Shown piece after piece: positions 1 to 8,875 of a DNA stretch of 64,000 bases. Position 1 is the stretch's first letter; every line of letters begins with the position of its first letter. The translations under genes were made by a program, and so were the position numbers. Location of the stretch: the sequence record NZ_CP033968.1. The stretch is one strand, 5' to 3'. This stretch comes from a plasmid. Below the pieces are notes generated by a model, which worked only from the letters and a program-made list of their open reading frames with translations, made no database searches and was not told where the DNA came from.

Positions 1-114
1 CAGCCTATTGCGCCGAAGTATCGCGATCCTAAGACCGGCAAGACGTGGTCTGGCCGCGGGCGGCAACCGTCTTGGCTAGGTCGGAACCCAAATCGGTTCT
101 TGATCGCGGAGTAG
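1..114 (+). CDS. 3' end of an H-NS-family nucleoid protein gene (partial, runs off the window start)
   Basis: Frame 1 translates to ...PKYRDPKTGKTWSGRGRQPSWLGRNPNRFLIAE*. The TWSGRGR(x)P(x)W motif is the H-NS/MvaT C-terminal DNA-binding signature. Confidence 0.55.
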   Translation, partial: QPIAPKYRDPKTGKTWSGRGRQPSWLGRNPNRFLIAE

Positions 115-398
115 TCTGAGGGCCCGGCCACCGGCGGGGTTCTGCCGGTTGGCCCACCACTGCGCCGAAAGCACCGAATCGTGGCATTGATGCCAAAAGC
201 CATCCGAAGCTGTGGCGTACGTATGTTTGTCGACTCATTGAAGCACTAATCGCGGACCTTGCCAGGCAGCGCCCAGGGCGCTGAAGGATCGCTGATACCC
301 TGATCGGTAGTTTCCCCCGTTTTGCCCACGGCCAGTCCTGGAATTATGCCGTGGCGTTTTGCATACCTCTCCGCAAGTCAACCCGTTAGGAGAGCCCT

Positions 399-749
399 GT
401 GCAAACGTTCATTCATTTGGAAGATCCGGCTGTTCAAGCCGCGATCATCAGCGCCGTCGGAAGTATCCTGACAAGTGCGATCGCCGCACTGTGCGCGGCC
501 ATCATCGGCAGACAAATCAGTGGTAAGAAGCGACTCCAGGACAAGCTGCTCGTTGCTCAGGACGACATCGAGTTCCTCTTGCAAGTCGAGAAGGCGCACT
601 GCGTCATACACAAGGAGCGCGACCAAAGCTCGAATAAGCTCATAGTCCGGAATACCGTACGGGACAAAGGCTTCGAGTACTCAGGCAAGTTCTCGCCTGG
701 AAAAGTAGCCTACAACGATGGCCCAGGCCGTCGCTACAGCAAGGCTTAG
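399..749 (+). CDS. hypothetical protein with an N-terminal transmembrane helix (GTG start)
   Basis: ORF with AGGAGAG 6 nt upstream of GTG; hydrophobic stretch AIISAVGSILTSAIAALCAAIIG. Confidence 0.45.
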   Translation: MQTFIHLEDPAVQAAIISAVGSILTSAIAALCAAIIGRQISGKKRLQDKLLVAQDDIEFLLQVEKAHCVIHKERDQSSNKLIVRNTVRDKGFEYSGKFSPGKVAYNDGPGRRYSKA

Positions 750-931
750 AGCCGGCTCAGCCTCGACAAGGGGCGCGTCATCGACCATCGGTCCGACGCG
801 CCCCTTTTTTTCTTTTTGCTCTTCTCCTCTCCCCGCCAGGAATGGCATAGGCAGATCTTCCACTGCGCTGTGCGGCATAACAAGCCATCCACCAACGGCT
901 CCCACGCCACGCACTCGCAAGGAGACATCGA

Positions 932-1414
932 ATGCTGTCACTGGCCCTCAACTATCCGACGATCGAGTTCAACACCAACGCCTGCGGCGAACTGCATACC
1001 GGCGATGCTCCACAAGGCATCCTGGCTGCCGTTCCGTTCCAGGATGGCCCCGGGTATGTACTCCCGTACCTGACGACGATCAATGATCGCTTTTATGTTC
1101 TTGGCAACCTGGAAGTCGCCTTCAGTGATGAGAAGTTCTGGGGCAGGGATGCTGAGGATCTGCCGGACGAGGAGCTTGTCATGTCCGAGTGCACGCAAGC
1201 TGTCCTGGCTATGCGAGAACGGGCATCGGGCTCCATGATCGTCTTTCCGGTGGACTTCGATCCCATGCCGGCACGCTGCGTCATCTCCGTGGCCATTCCC
1301 GTGCAGGATGGCCAAACCCAACGGGAAATCAAGGATCAGCTGTCCCTTGTTTTCTCCGGCTACGAGCAGCTCGACGATAGGCTGATGAAGCTTGTCAGGG
1401 CTCGGTCGCATTGA
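932..1414 (+). CDS. hypothetical acidic protein
   Basis: ORF with AAGGAGA upstream; followed directly by a terminator. Confidence 0.5.
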   Translation: MLSLALNYPTIEFNTNACGELHTGDAPQGILAAVPFQDGPGYVLPYLTTINDRFYVLGNLEVAFSDEKFWGRDAEDLPDEELVMSECTQAVLAMRERASGSMIVFPVDFDPMPARCVISVAIPVQDGQTQREIKDQLSLVFSGYEQLDDRLMKLVRARSH

Positions 1415-1416
1415 CC

Positions 1417-1463
1417 GCTAACCCACCGCCCGCAGACACGATTCGTGCTGCGGGCTTTTTTCT
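1417..1463 (+). terminator. rho-independent terminator, copy 1 of a repeated element (GCTAACCCAnnGCCCGCAGACACGAnTTCGTGCnGCGGGCTTT)
   Basis: Hairpin CCCGCAGACACGATTCGTGCTGCGGG followed by TTTTTTCTT. Confidence 0.7.
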
Positions 1464-1649
1464 TATCCCCGCAAGTGTACGCCGGCGCCCGCCGGCGCCA
1501 CGCCGTCTCCCCTTGCTTGAACCTGTGGCGCATACCTTCAGCGTCAAGACATCGACTCTGGCTAGATCAGGTCAACACCTACTATTCACCCACGCGGGGA
1601 AGCGCCTCCCGCTTGGGGCGCACTTCGCACGCAAATCTGGAGAAGCGAA

Positions 1650-2213
1650 ATGAGCAATGGCATGAACCTACCGAAGATCGCGCGACGCACCGATGTGTTC
1701 GAGCTGCGCAACGCCGTTCGAGCCGTGATTGGAAGCTGCAAGGCAACGAACAAGGCGGCAGTGCTTGCCGTTGACGCCGCAGAGGAAGCGTTTCAGGCGA
1801 GCATCACAGACGACGAGAAGGCGTACATCGTATCTGCCGCCCGTGGGTGGAAAGCCGCCTGGCATAAGAGCCGGCCGGACGATCCTTTCCTTCGTGGCGT
1901 GGAGTTCAATGCCTACGATGACGTCCGGCACCATTTGGGGATGTCGATGGTGGTCAAGTTCCTCCAGGACGCCCAGAGCGAATCGTTGGCAGAGCCTGAC
2001 ACCCGTCGTATCGCTGGTCTCGTGCTGGAAGGGGGCGATGAATCCGTGCTCGATAGTGTGGTGCACGATGAGTGCTCTGCTCACGGCACGGGAATCAACA
2101 ATGACGGTACTGAAGCACAGGTGGCATATCTCCTGGCGAACGGATGGACCGAAGAGGCGATCCTGAAGGAAGCCGGTGTCGATCAGGCGCCGCGCAGCTC
2201 GTCGCAAACGTGA
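1650..2213 (+). CDS. hypothetical protein
   Basis: ORF with GGAGAAGCGAA upstream of ATG; terminator follows. Confidence 0.5.
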   Translation: MSNGMNLPKIARRTDVFELRNAVRAVIGSCKATNKAAVLAVDAAEEAFQASITDDEKAYIVSAARGWKAAWHKSRPDDPFLRGVEFNAYDDVRHHLGMSMVVKFLQDAQSESLAEPDTRRIAGLVLEGGDESVLDSVVHDECSAHGTGINNDGTEAQVAYLLANGWTEEAILKEAGVDQAPRSSSQT

Positions 2214-2257
2214 AACCCGCCCGTCGCGCTCCTCGAGAGCCGGCGGGTTTTTTCTTT
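2213..2257 (+). terminator. rho-independent terminator
   Basis: AAACCCGCC...GGCGGGTTTTTTCTTT. Confidence 0.7.
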
Positions 2258-2384
2258 GAGCTAAGCCTGCCCGCTGAACCGCCCGCGTGCACTCGTACTC
2301 GGCATGGCGCCCCCGTATCCCAAAAAGTTACTTGACGCTGTGCTGCATCCCTCCCAGGTCAAATCAACCTTGGAGTGCTGCGAT

Positions 2385-3356
2385 ATGAATGGAGAGACGA
2401 TGGGAATGCCGGTAGGGCAGGTGAATGCGATCCTGGAAGATGAGTTGGTCATGCGGATTGGCATCCCGCACCGCGGTGGCCGCCTGGCCTTCCACGCATT
2501 CGAGCAAGGCTACCCGGCGATGGTGAGCGCGAACGCGTTCTGGAACCCAACGAAGCGAGAGTTTGTGATGCCGGCGGCGACGGATCTGACTGAGATGGAT
2601 TTTGCCCTAGACTCAGCTGGTTACTCGGCGATCAGTCTTTGGCAGAAGAAGGGCCGACAAGACGGCATTGCTGGCGTCTATCCATGGTCCCTCGAGCAAT
2701 ACCTGGAGTTTGCAAATCTGTGTGGTGCTCGCTGGATGTCTAGTCCAGACCTTTGCTGCGAGCCGCAGGTTGCGGGCAACCAAGAGGAAGTGGACTACCG
2801 CGTGAACACAACGGCAACTTTGCTGGAGGCGTCGTTACGAGTGTTGTACGAGTGGCAGAACAGGCTCGCAAGGACGCTAACTGCGCGCGAAGTGGCGAAC
2901 ATGATCAAGCCAGTCGTTCCCGTGCTACAGGGTTGGAATTGTGACACGTATCTACGGAGTCTCGATCTAACAATGCAAGTATGGGAGCGCTGGCAACCGT
3001 GGCTGGCCCCACCCGCTCTAATCGGTGTCGGTTCAGTATGCCGGCGTTCGCTGAATCACCCTACTCACGGCCTGTACGCCATTCTCTCGGGATTGGAGGG
3101 ACGGTTGCCTAAGGGTGTTCGCGCTCACTTGTTCGGTGTCAAGGGGAGCTGTCTCGCGGAGCTCAAGATGATGGATTGGATCGCTTCCGCGGATTCCATG
3201 GCGTATGACTTCGGCGCCCGAGTGAAAGCTCGGGAGAGTGGAGTCTCGAACACGGTCAAGCATCGCTCTTCAGAGATGAGTCGATGGATGTCATCGGCCT
3301 CGTCTCGCCTCAAGCCTGCACCCGGTGACCAATTCCGATTGAGCCTGGCCCATTGA
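2385..3356 (+). CDS. tRNA-guanine transglycosylase (TGT)/DpdA-like protein; alternative upstream start at 2304
   Basis: LDSAGYSAISL resembles the TGT DSGGFQ motif, SSPDLCCEP resembles FDECTP, and ADSMAYD resembles DMFDCV. No C-terminal CxCxxC...H zinc site. GGAG sits 9 nt upstream of the ATG at 2385. Confidence 0.5.
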   Translation: MNGETMGMPVGQVNAILEDELVMRIGIPHRGGRLAFHAFEQGYPAMVSANAFWNPTKREFVMPAATDLTEMDFALDSAGYSAISLWQKKGRQDGIAGVYPWSLEQYLEFANLCGARWMSSPDLCCEPQVAGNQEEVDYRVNTTATLLEASLRVLYEWQNRLARTLTAREVANMIKPVVPVLQGWNCDTYLRSLDLTMQVWERWQPWLAPPALIGVGSVCRRSLNHPTHGLYAILSGLEGRLPKGVRAHLFGVKGSCLAELKMMDWIASADSMAYDFGARVKARESGVSNTVKHRSSEMSRWMSSASSRLKPAPGDQFRLSLAH

Positions 3357-3406
3357 TTACCAACCTACAGCCCGCAGACACGAATTTCGTGCTGCGGGCT
3401 TTCATT
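3355..3406 (+). terminator. terminator-like repeat copy 2
   Basis: CCCGCAGACACGAATTTCGTGCTGCGGGCTTTCATTT, near-identical to the copy at 1417. Confidence 0.6.
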
Positions 3407-3508
3407 TATGTGACGGCGGGCAAAGGGCAAAGGTGGCGCTCAGCCCCGCGCGTTTGCATGATTCTGTGCCGCATATCTCCCAAGTCAACACAACTATGGA
3501 GTAGCGCG

Positions 3509-3790
3509 ATGAACGAAAACGTATTGGGGAATCCGAAGGGACAGGCTACGCACAGAACTATGGAATCAAGCGAACAGAAGCTTCCGGAGGGTTGGACCGA
3601 GGCGAGGCCTGGTGGGTTGGCAACAAATCCTGATCCCCTTACCGGGGGAATCATCGATAGTGCGATAGTAGATGGAACATGGTTTGTAGTGTTCCACCGG
3701 GACGATCTGAAGGTCCTGGAGGGCTTGCCCTCTCGTGAGAGCGCCTTTGCTGCCTTCTTCGAAGCGATTCACGGAAACCAAATGGCGTGA
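3509..3790 (+). CDS. hypothetical protein (93 aa)
   Basis: GGAG 8 nt upstream of ATG; the longer ORF from 3353 overlaps the terminator repeat and is unlikely. Confidence 0.4.
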   Translation: MNENVLGNPKGQATHRTMESSEQKLPEGWTEARPGGLATNPDPLTGGIIDSAIVDGTWFVVFHRDDLKVLEGLPSRESAFAAFFEAIHGNQMA

Positions 3791-3909
3791 CGGTATGTAG
3801 CCGCGCAGCTATCTCGGCGGATGTGTTCACCCGCCTCGCGCCACAAGCCCGCAGGTTCCGGATGAGCTTGCTTGTGTACGCGGAGAAGAGTCAGTCGGCC
3901 GTACCGATC

Positions 3910-3966
3910 GCTAACCCAATCGCCCGCAGACACGATGTTTCGTGCCGCGGGCTTTGCCTTTTTTGG
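3910..3966 (+). terminator. terminator-like repeat copy 3
   Basis: GCTAACCCAATCGCCCGCAGACACGATGTTTCGTGCCGCGGGCTTTGCCTTTTTTGG. Confidence 0.6.
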
Positions 3967-4168
3967 GGCGCAAAAGGTCGGTGAACGGGCAGCAGCGCAT
4001 TTGAGCTCCACCTGGCCGGTGAAGTTGTGGTTGGCTGTGCTGCATACCTCCCGAGCAAGAGTAAACCGGCATGTTGACACCCGTTCAACTGAGCGCTTCC
4101 GACCTATGCGAGGTTGAGCGTTGCTGGGTTCCCAAATGGACTTAGGAGGATGTGATGGAGCAAGTGAA

Positions 4169-4888
4169 ATGAAAGTACAACAAACCTACCATATCGTATG
4201 TGCGATTCGGGGCGAACTCATCGACTACTCGAGCGGCCGATCCGGCCTTTGTGACTTCTATATGGGTACGGTGGATAGCGAAAGCGGGCGTCTCTCGCTC
4301 GATCGCACCGACAGGGAAGTATCTCTTTTCGTGAAAGATGGCACGCCGCTCTGTTGCATTCAGGTGGGCGATAGCTGGAAGAACTATCCCGTAACGGAGG
4401 AGGGGGTGGCGGTCCTGACGCGCGACGCTCTGAAGGCACTGATCGAAGCGACTTCTCCTAAAGGCCTGGCCGGTGAACCGCGGAAACTCTCCAACGGTAT
4501 GGTGTTGGTAAAAGTACAGGAGGCGTCTGAAGCTGTCTTGGATTGGGCCGTCGCGATGTGTGAAGGCATGGACCCCTCCGGCGGTGGAATCTACGATCCA
4601 GTGAACAACTTCATCGCGTGGCGCTCGATCAGCAGAAGGGCCGATTTCTCACGTAATGCGGCATTGGCTCTGCCCATCATCGAGCGTGAGGATATGTGGG
4701 TGGCCAGTGCTCGGTATATGGCACCCTCCGCCGTTCCTCGGCCTGAACGCGCATGGATGGCGAAGTCGTTGAATTCCGCGCCGCACGAACCGTCTTACGG
4801 GCCTACGCTCCTCATCGCGGCCATGCGCTGCTACGTAACAAGCAAGCTTGGGGAGCAGATCGAGGTTCCTGCCAAACTGCTGATGTAA
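4169..4888 (+). CDS. hypothetical protein
   Basis: GGAGCAAGTGAA upstream of ATG (MKVQQTYHIV...); no motif recognised. Confidence 0.45.
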   Translation: MKVQQTYHIVCAIRGELIDYSSGRSGLCDFYMGTVDSESGRLSLDRTDREVSLFVKDGTPLCCIQVGDSWKNYPVTEEGVAVLTRDALKALIEATSPKGLAGEPRKLSNGMVLVKVQEASEAVLDWAVAMCEGMDPSGGGIYDPVNNFIAWRSISRRADFSRNAALALPIIEREDMWVASARYMAPSAVPRPERAWMAKSLNSAPHEPSYGPTLLIAAMRCYVTSKLGEQIEVPAKLLM

Positions 4889-5078
4889 GTTGATGGTCCC
4901 AGCAGCCGCTGTGGCCGCTCTCGACACGCAGATTGAACTCGCCAAGTAGAGGCGTTCAGAGCTACCCCCCCCACACCCCATCATCCTGCCGAAGGTTGAT
5001 GGGGTTTCTATTTTTGCCGTGTCTGTATCGGGTGTCGCGCAATGGGAGGGGACAGGGCGATGTGAGGAAGGATCAGGG

Positions 5079-5645
5079 TTAGCCGAGGCAGATGCTGTCG
5101 CGGCGTACAAACACATCTTCATCGGCCGAGTAGACCCACTTCGCGCCTTGGTTGAATCGCTCCACGTCGTCGACTGCCCAGTGATCTTTCGCGGCCGTCT
5201 GCATGTCGAAGTCGGACATGGCTGCGGTGATCATTCGGCCGGCTTTCTTCATAATGTTCAGCAATTCATCCGGGAGCCCTGCGACTCGGAGCGAATGGAT
5301 GATGTTTGTGTTCGAGTCCACCAGAACGTACATCAGAGCATTTGATTCACTCACGATCCAGTTCTCAAGGAACGCTCGCGAAGGAAAGAGCGGGGCGGAA
5401 AAGAATCGAATATTGACGCCATCTGCGAGGTCCACGATGCTGGTCAACGAACCGATAGGGTTGGCTTCCGTCTGGCGCAGGCTGTACGCAAGGATAGTCG
5501 CCTTTACCGCGGCGACATCTTCCGCCGTGACATCCGGGAATTGCAGGATAAGTGCGATGCCGGCTTCGGAGAACTCAGCGCGGATGCCGGTCGCGCCATT
5601 GGCGCTCGGGAAGGGGGATTGCTCCCCGACTGTTAGTTTGATCAT
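5079..5645 (-). CDS. hypothetical protein
   Basis: 188-aa ORF, divergent from the gene at 5727; no motif recognised. Confidence 0.45.
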   Translation of the reverse strand: MIKLTVGEQSPFPSANGATGIRAEFSEAGIALILQFPDVTAEDVAAVKATILAYSLRQTEANPIGSLTSIVDLADGVNIRFFSAPLFPSRAFLENWIVSESNALMYVLVDSNTNIIHSLRVAGLPDELLNIMKKAGRMITAAMSDFDMQTAAKDHWAVDDVERFNQGAKWVYSADEDVFVRRDSICLG

Positions 5646-5726
5646 TCTGGCGTAGAATCCTCGAACGCAAAGTATGCGTATCTGTTAATGTTACAAAGAA
5701 TCACATGCACGTTATTGAGGGACGTG

Positions 5727-6266
5727 ATGAAAGTCAACCAAGGATTGATGCGCGGGCGGTTCAGGCGCATGAACCGCCGGCAGAAGAAGAAGGCGGACGC
5801 AAAGGCCGTGGAGCAGGAGAGGGCGATCGTCGAGGTTGGCGGCTATGCCCGCTGCGATTTTGTGGCGGAATCGACCTGTGACTGCGATCTCTGCCAGAAC
5901 GCTTCACCTGGTGCGCGGCTCTATGCAGCCATTTCGAGTGCCAGGGAAGGCGGGGAGGAAACGGACCACTATGCTTGTCCGTCGTGCGCGCTGGCGAAGA
6001 CAGAGCGGATTCGGGCCGACAACGAGTGGTGGAAAACGGCGGTGGAGTGCCCAGTCTGTTCCAACCTGTCAAAGCACCTTGCCTTTGACCTCATGGCGCC
6101 GCAATGCGAGCACTGCGCGCCTTATGGCCTTGTGAGTCCGGCGAAGGCAGCAGCTCTTCGAGGGATGATCGCCGCACAGACCGGTGCGGTAACACCTCAC
6201 GTGGCACTCAACACGAACCATTCAGGAAGCATCCATGGGAACGAAGCCGGAAGCGAAATCCGCTAA
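5727..6266 (+). CDS. Cys-rich zinc-finger protein of unknown function
   Basis: CDFVAESTCDCDLC, YACPSCA, ECPVCS and CEHC cysteine pairs; GAGGGA upstream of MKVNQ. Confidence 0.5.
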   Translation: MKVNQGLMRGRFRRMNRRQKKKADAKAVEQERAIVEVGGYARCDFVAESTCDCDLCQNASPGARLYAAISSAREGGEETDHYACPSCALAKTERIRADNEWWKTAVECPVCSNLSKHLAFDLMAPQCEHCAPYGLVSPAKAAALRGMIAAQTGAVTPHVALNTNHSGSIHGNEAGSEIR

Positions 6267-6672
6267 AAAAACTGGCGACCTCGCGACATTTGACGAGTTC
6301 CGGGCAGGTGTCAGCTATATCCTTGTCCACGATCACGGCATGCCGGAGATCGTCGCCAGGGACGTCCTCGAGGGGGAAGCGGAGTATCTGGAGCAGGCGT
6401 TTCAGGAAGGCGCTGATCGCAAATCGCTGCTGACGGAGGTTGCCGAAGAGTTGGCATTCAAGCCGCGCTCGGGCGGAGGCTGGATTCGAACGGATGAAGA
6501 CCATCTGCTCCTGGAGGTGAACGAAAGGGTACGGGTGCTACTCGACAGGATTGCGAAGACAGGCCTATACGGCGGGACTCCCGAGGAAGTTGCGCGGGCC
6601 TTGCTCTGCCGCGGGATCGAGACGGTTCTGCCAGTTGCACACAGCGTGGACGTGAACGGCCGCTTCGGCTAA
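6235..6672 (+). CDS. hypothetical acidic protein
   Basis: 145-aa ORF overlapping the previous gene's end by 32 nt. Confidence 0.45.
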   Translation: MGTKPEAKSAKKTGDLATFDEFRAGVSYILVHDHGMPEIVARDVLEGEAEYLEQAFQEGADRKSLLTEVAEELAFKPRSGGGWIRTDEDHLLLEVNERVRVLLDRIAKTGLYGGTPEEVARALLCRGIETVLPVAHSVDVNGRFG

Positions 6673-6682
6673 GGGGGCACGG

Positions 6683-7471
6683 ATGCCGGAAATCATTCCC
6701 CCTCTGGGGATCGCCTTTGACTCAACGCCGATTCCGCTGACTCCCGACTCCAGAGCAGTCGCGACGCGAAAAATCCAGGACATGATGTTTGCCTTGCAGA
6801 CCCTGGCCCGAGGCGTGGGCGAAGGGAAATCGCCAAGCGTTGGGCTTGCTGAAGCCACCCTGAGGGCCTGCGAGTTCAACCTGGCGGATCTCGCAGGTGT
6901 ATTGGGCGTAAAGATGGACAGCGCCGCCGACGTGGAGGCACGTCACGCAGCTCTACGCAAGGCAAACGCACGGATACGCGAGGTGGAGGCTCAACTCGGC
7001 AATCAGCAGGCGCCCGAGCACACGCAACTCAGCTTGCAGGTTCTGGAGGATCGCTTGTACACCTGGTGGAGCCTTGAGGGGTTTGGGACCGTCTCCGAGG
7101 TAGCGTTCCGCAGCAATGGATGCAAGGCGATACTCAGCTGCAACCCCAAGGGACGCTTCGGCTTCGGCCTGCTGGAGTCTGACACCCCTGTCTCCGACAA
7201 AGCAGCTGAGGCTGCTTGGCACGAGAGTCTCCAGGAAATGGGGTACGAACTGACGGACGACGGCGGGGACCTAGCGGTACTGGACTGCGACGCGAGTCGG
7301 AAGGCCTTGTTTGATCTGATTCGCACCCGACTCCCATCGGCACAGATCATGAAGACGGAGAACCTCAGTCGGCGCGGAAGGACTGAATGCGTCTTGCGCG
7401 GTGTTGAGATTTACATCTACAGGCTGCCAGAAATTCTGACGCTACCGCAACCGGTACCGACCGAAGGGTAG
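6683..7471 (+). CDS. hypothetical protein
   Basis: GGGGG upstream of ATG; 262 aa. Confidence 0.5.
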   Translation: MPEIIPPLGIAFDSTPIPLTPDSRAVATRKIQDMMFALQTLARGVGEGKSPSVGLAEATLRACEFNLADLAGVLGVKMDSAADVEARHAALRKANARIREVEAQLGNQQAPEHTQLSLQVLEDRLYTWWSLEGFGTVSEVAFRSNGCKAILSCNPKGRFGFGLLESDTPVSDKAAEAAWHESLQEMGYELTDDGGDLAVLDCDASRKALFDLIRTRLPSAQIMKTENLSRRGRTECVLRGVEIYIYRLPEILTLPQPVPTEG

Positions 7472-7537
7472 GTCATACTCGGGGTCCCATCCCATCCTGT
7501 CCGAGGTTGAGGAACGGGACCCCCGACCAAGCGCGGG

Positions 7538-8875
7538 CTACTGCGCAGTCACATGCAGGCGGCCTGTTCCTTCTTGCTTCACCTGCACGGTCGCAACGGG
7601 AATTGGCGAGTTGTCCCCCGAAGTGCCACGAGCCATTCCGACACCCACCGAGCGCGTCAGGAGCACCCCTTCGTCATAGGATGCAATCTGAACCGTCGCG
7701 GTTCGTCCGGTCGCGCCGGAGAAATTGTTCAATCCGATGGAATAGGTCCCAAGCGCGAGCTTGGTGGCGTCACACGTAGCGGTGTAGTGCTCCGGCCCGA
7801 ATCCCACGATATTGTCGACATCGAGCTCGCCGGACAATCCCTTCTTTGCTGCATAGAAAACGTGCCTGCCTGTCGGTTCGATCGAGTGAAGGTCGACGTC
7901 TCCAGCCCCATCCCACGTCAAGGTGACAGTGAAGAATCCGTCGGAGCCTGTCGACTGTGGAGCCTGCACGGCCGAGAGCGCATTGCCGAGGTGCTGCTTG
8001 ACCATGCCCCTAGGATTGAGCGGGCCAATCGGTGGGAGCCCTTCGTTCAGGTAGGTGCGGACGAGCTCGTGGCCGGAAGCATCCTCGCGCCCCGTTGCCG
8101 AGATCTTCACGTTGTTGGCAGGCACCGTACCGATCAGGCGTAGACCGTTGATCACGAGATCCAGATCGGCGAGCGTGTACTCGCCGTTCAGTGTCGGCGA
8201 CGCCGGCGCGATGTGAACGGCTTTCACCGCGGCTGCCCCAGCCTTCGATGTTGCATAGCGGTATGCCGCGTTCATGAACAGATTGCCCTGACTGTGCGCG
8301 ACCAGGACGACCTTCTTGTGGGCTGCAAGATGCCCGTCCACCCGTGCCTGGTGCTCCAGGTAGTTGGTCATCGTCGGCGGAGTACTTGCCCAGGAAGTGA
8401 GCGCAGCGACCGTCTTTGCGCGAATGTCGTCGTAGATGCCACCCAGCACGCCGCCAAAGGCCCCAACGGTCGACAGGACCCGGGTGAATGAGTTCTGCTG
8501 GGTATCCGAGGAGATGGCCTCCCAGAACAGTTCGAAACGGTTCTGCAAGACTGCGTCCTGTTCCGCCGCGCGTTGCTTGAAAGTCTCGATCAGATCCTCA
8601 GCGCCGGTGGCACCGTGTTCCGAGCCCGTCGTGTTGAAAAAATTGTCGTAACTGATCGGCTCGCCTGTTGGCGCGTATGTGTCGCCATACAGTTGAGCGA
8701 GGGCTTCCCGGGCACTCTGGGCCTGGCTGCGGGTGTTCCAAACCCCGTTGAAGAAGCCGACCGTGATGCCGCCGGGTGAGCAAAGGACTGTCTGGGACTG
8801 GGCCGTCACCACGCCTGGAGCAGCTGTCACCGCGATGAGGGTGACCAGCAGGAGGTTCCTGAGCTTATTGCGCAT
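7538..8875 (-). CDS. secreted alpha/beta-hydrolase (lipase/esterase-like) with a C-terminal beta-sandwich domain
   Basis: Signal peptide MRNKLRNLLLVTLIAVTAAPGVVTA; VLVAHSQGN resembles the GxSxG nucleophile elbow; GDVDLHSIEPTG resembles a pre-peptidase C-terminal domain; GAGGAGA upstream. Confidence 0.6.
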   Translation of the reverse strand: MRNKLRNLLLVTLIAVTAAPGVVTAQSQTVLCSPGGITVGFFNGVWNTRSQAQSAREALAQLYGDTYAPTGEPISYDNFFNTTGSEHGATGAEDLIETFKQRAAEQDAVLQNRFELFWEAISSDTQQNSFTRVLSTVGAFGGVLGGIYDDIRAKTVAALTSWASTPPTMTNYLEHQARVDGHLAAHKKVVLVAHSQGNLFMNAAYRYATSKAGAAAVKAVHIAPASPTLNGEYTLADLDLVINGLRLIGTVPANNVKISATGREDASGHELVRTYLNEGLPPIGPLNPRGMVKQHLGNALSAVQAPQSTGSDGFFTVTLTWDGAGDVDLHSIEPTGRHVFYAAKKGLSGELDVDNIVGFGPEHYTATCDATKLALGTYSIGLNNFSGATGRTATVQIASYDEGVLLTRSVGVGMARGTSGDNSPIPVATVQVKQEGTGRLHVTAQ

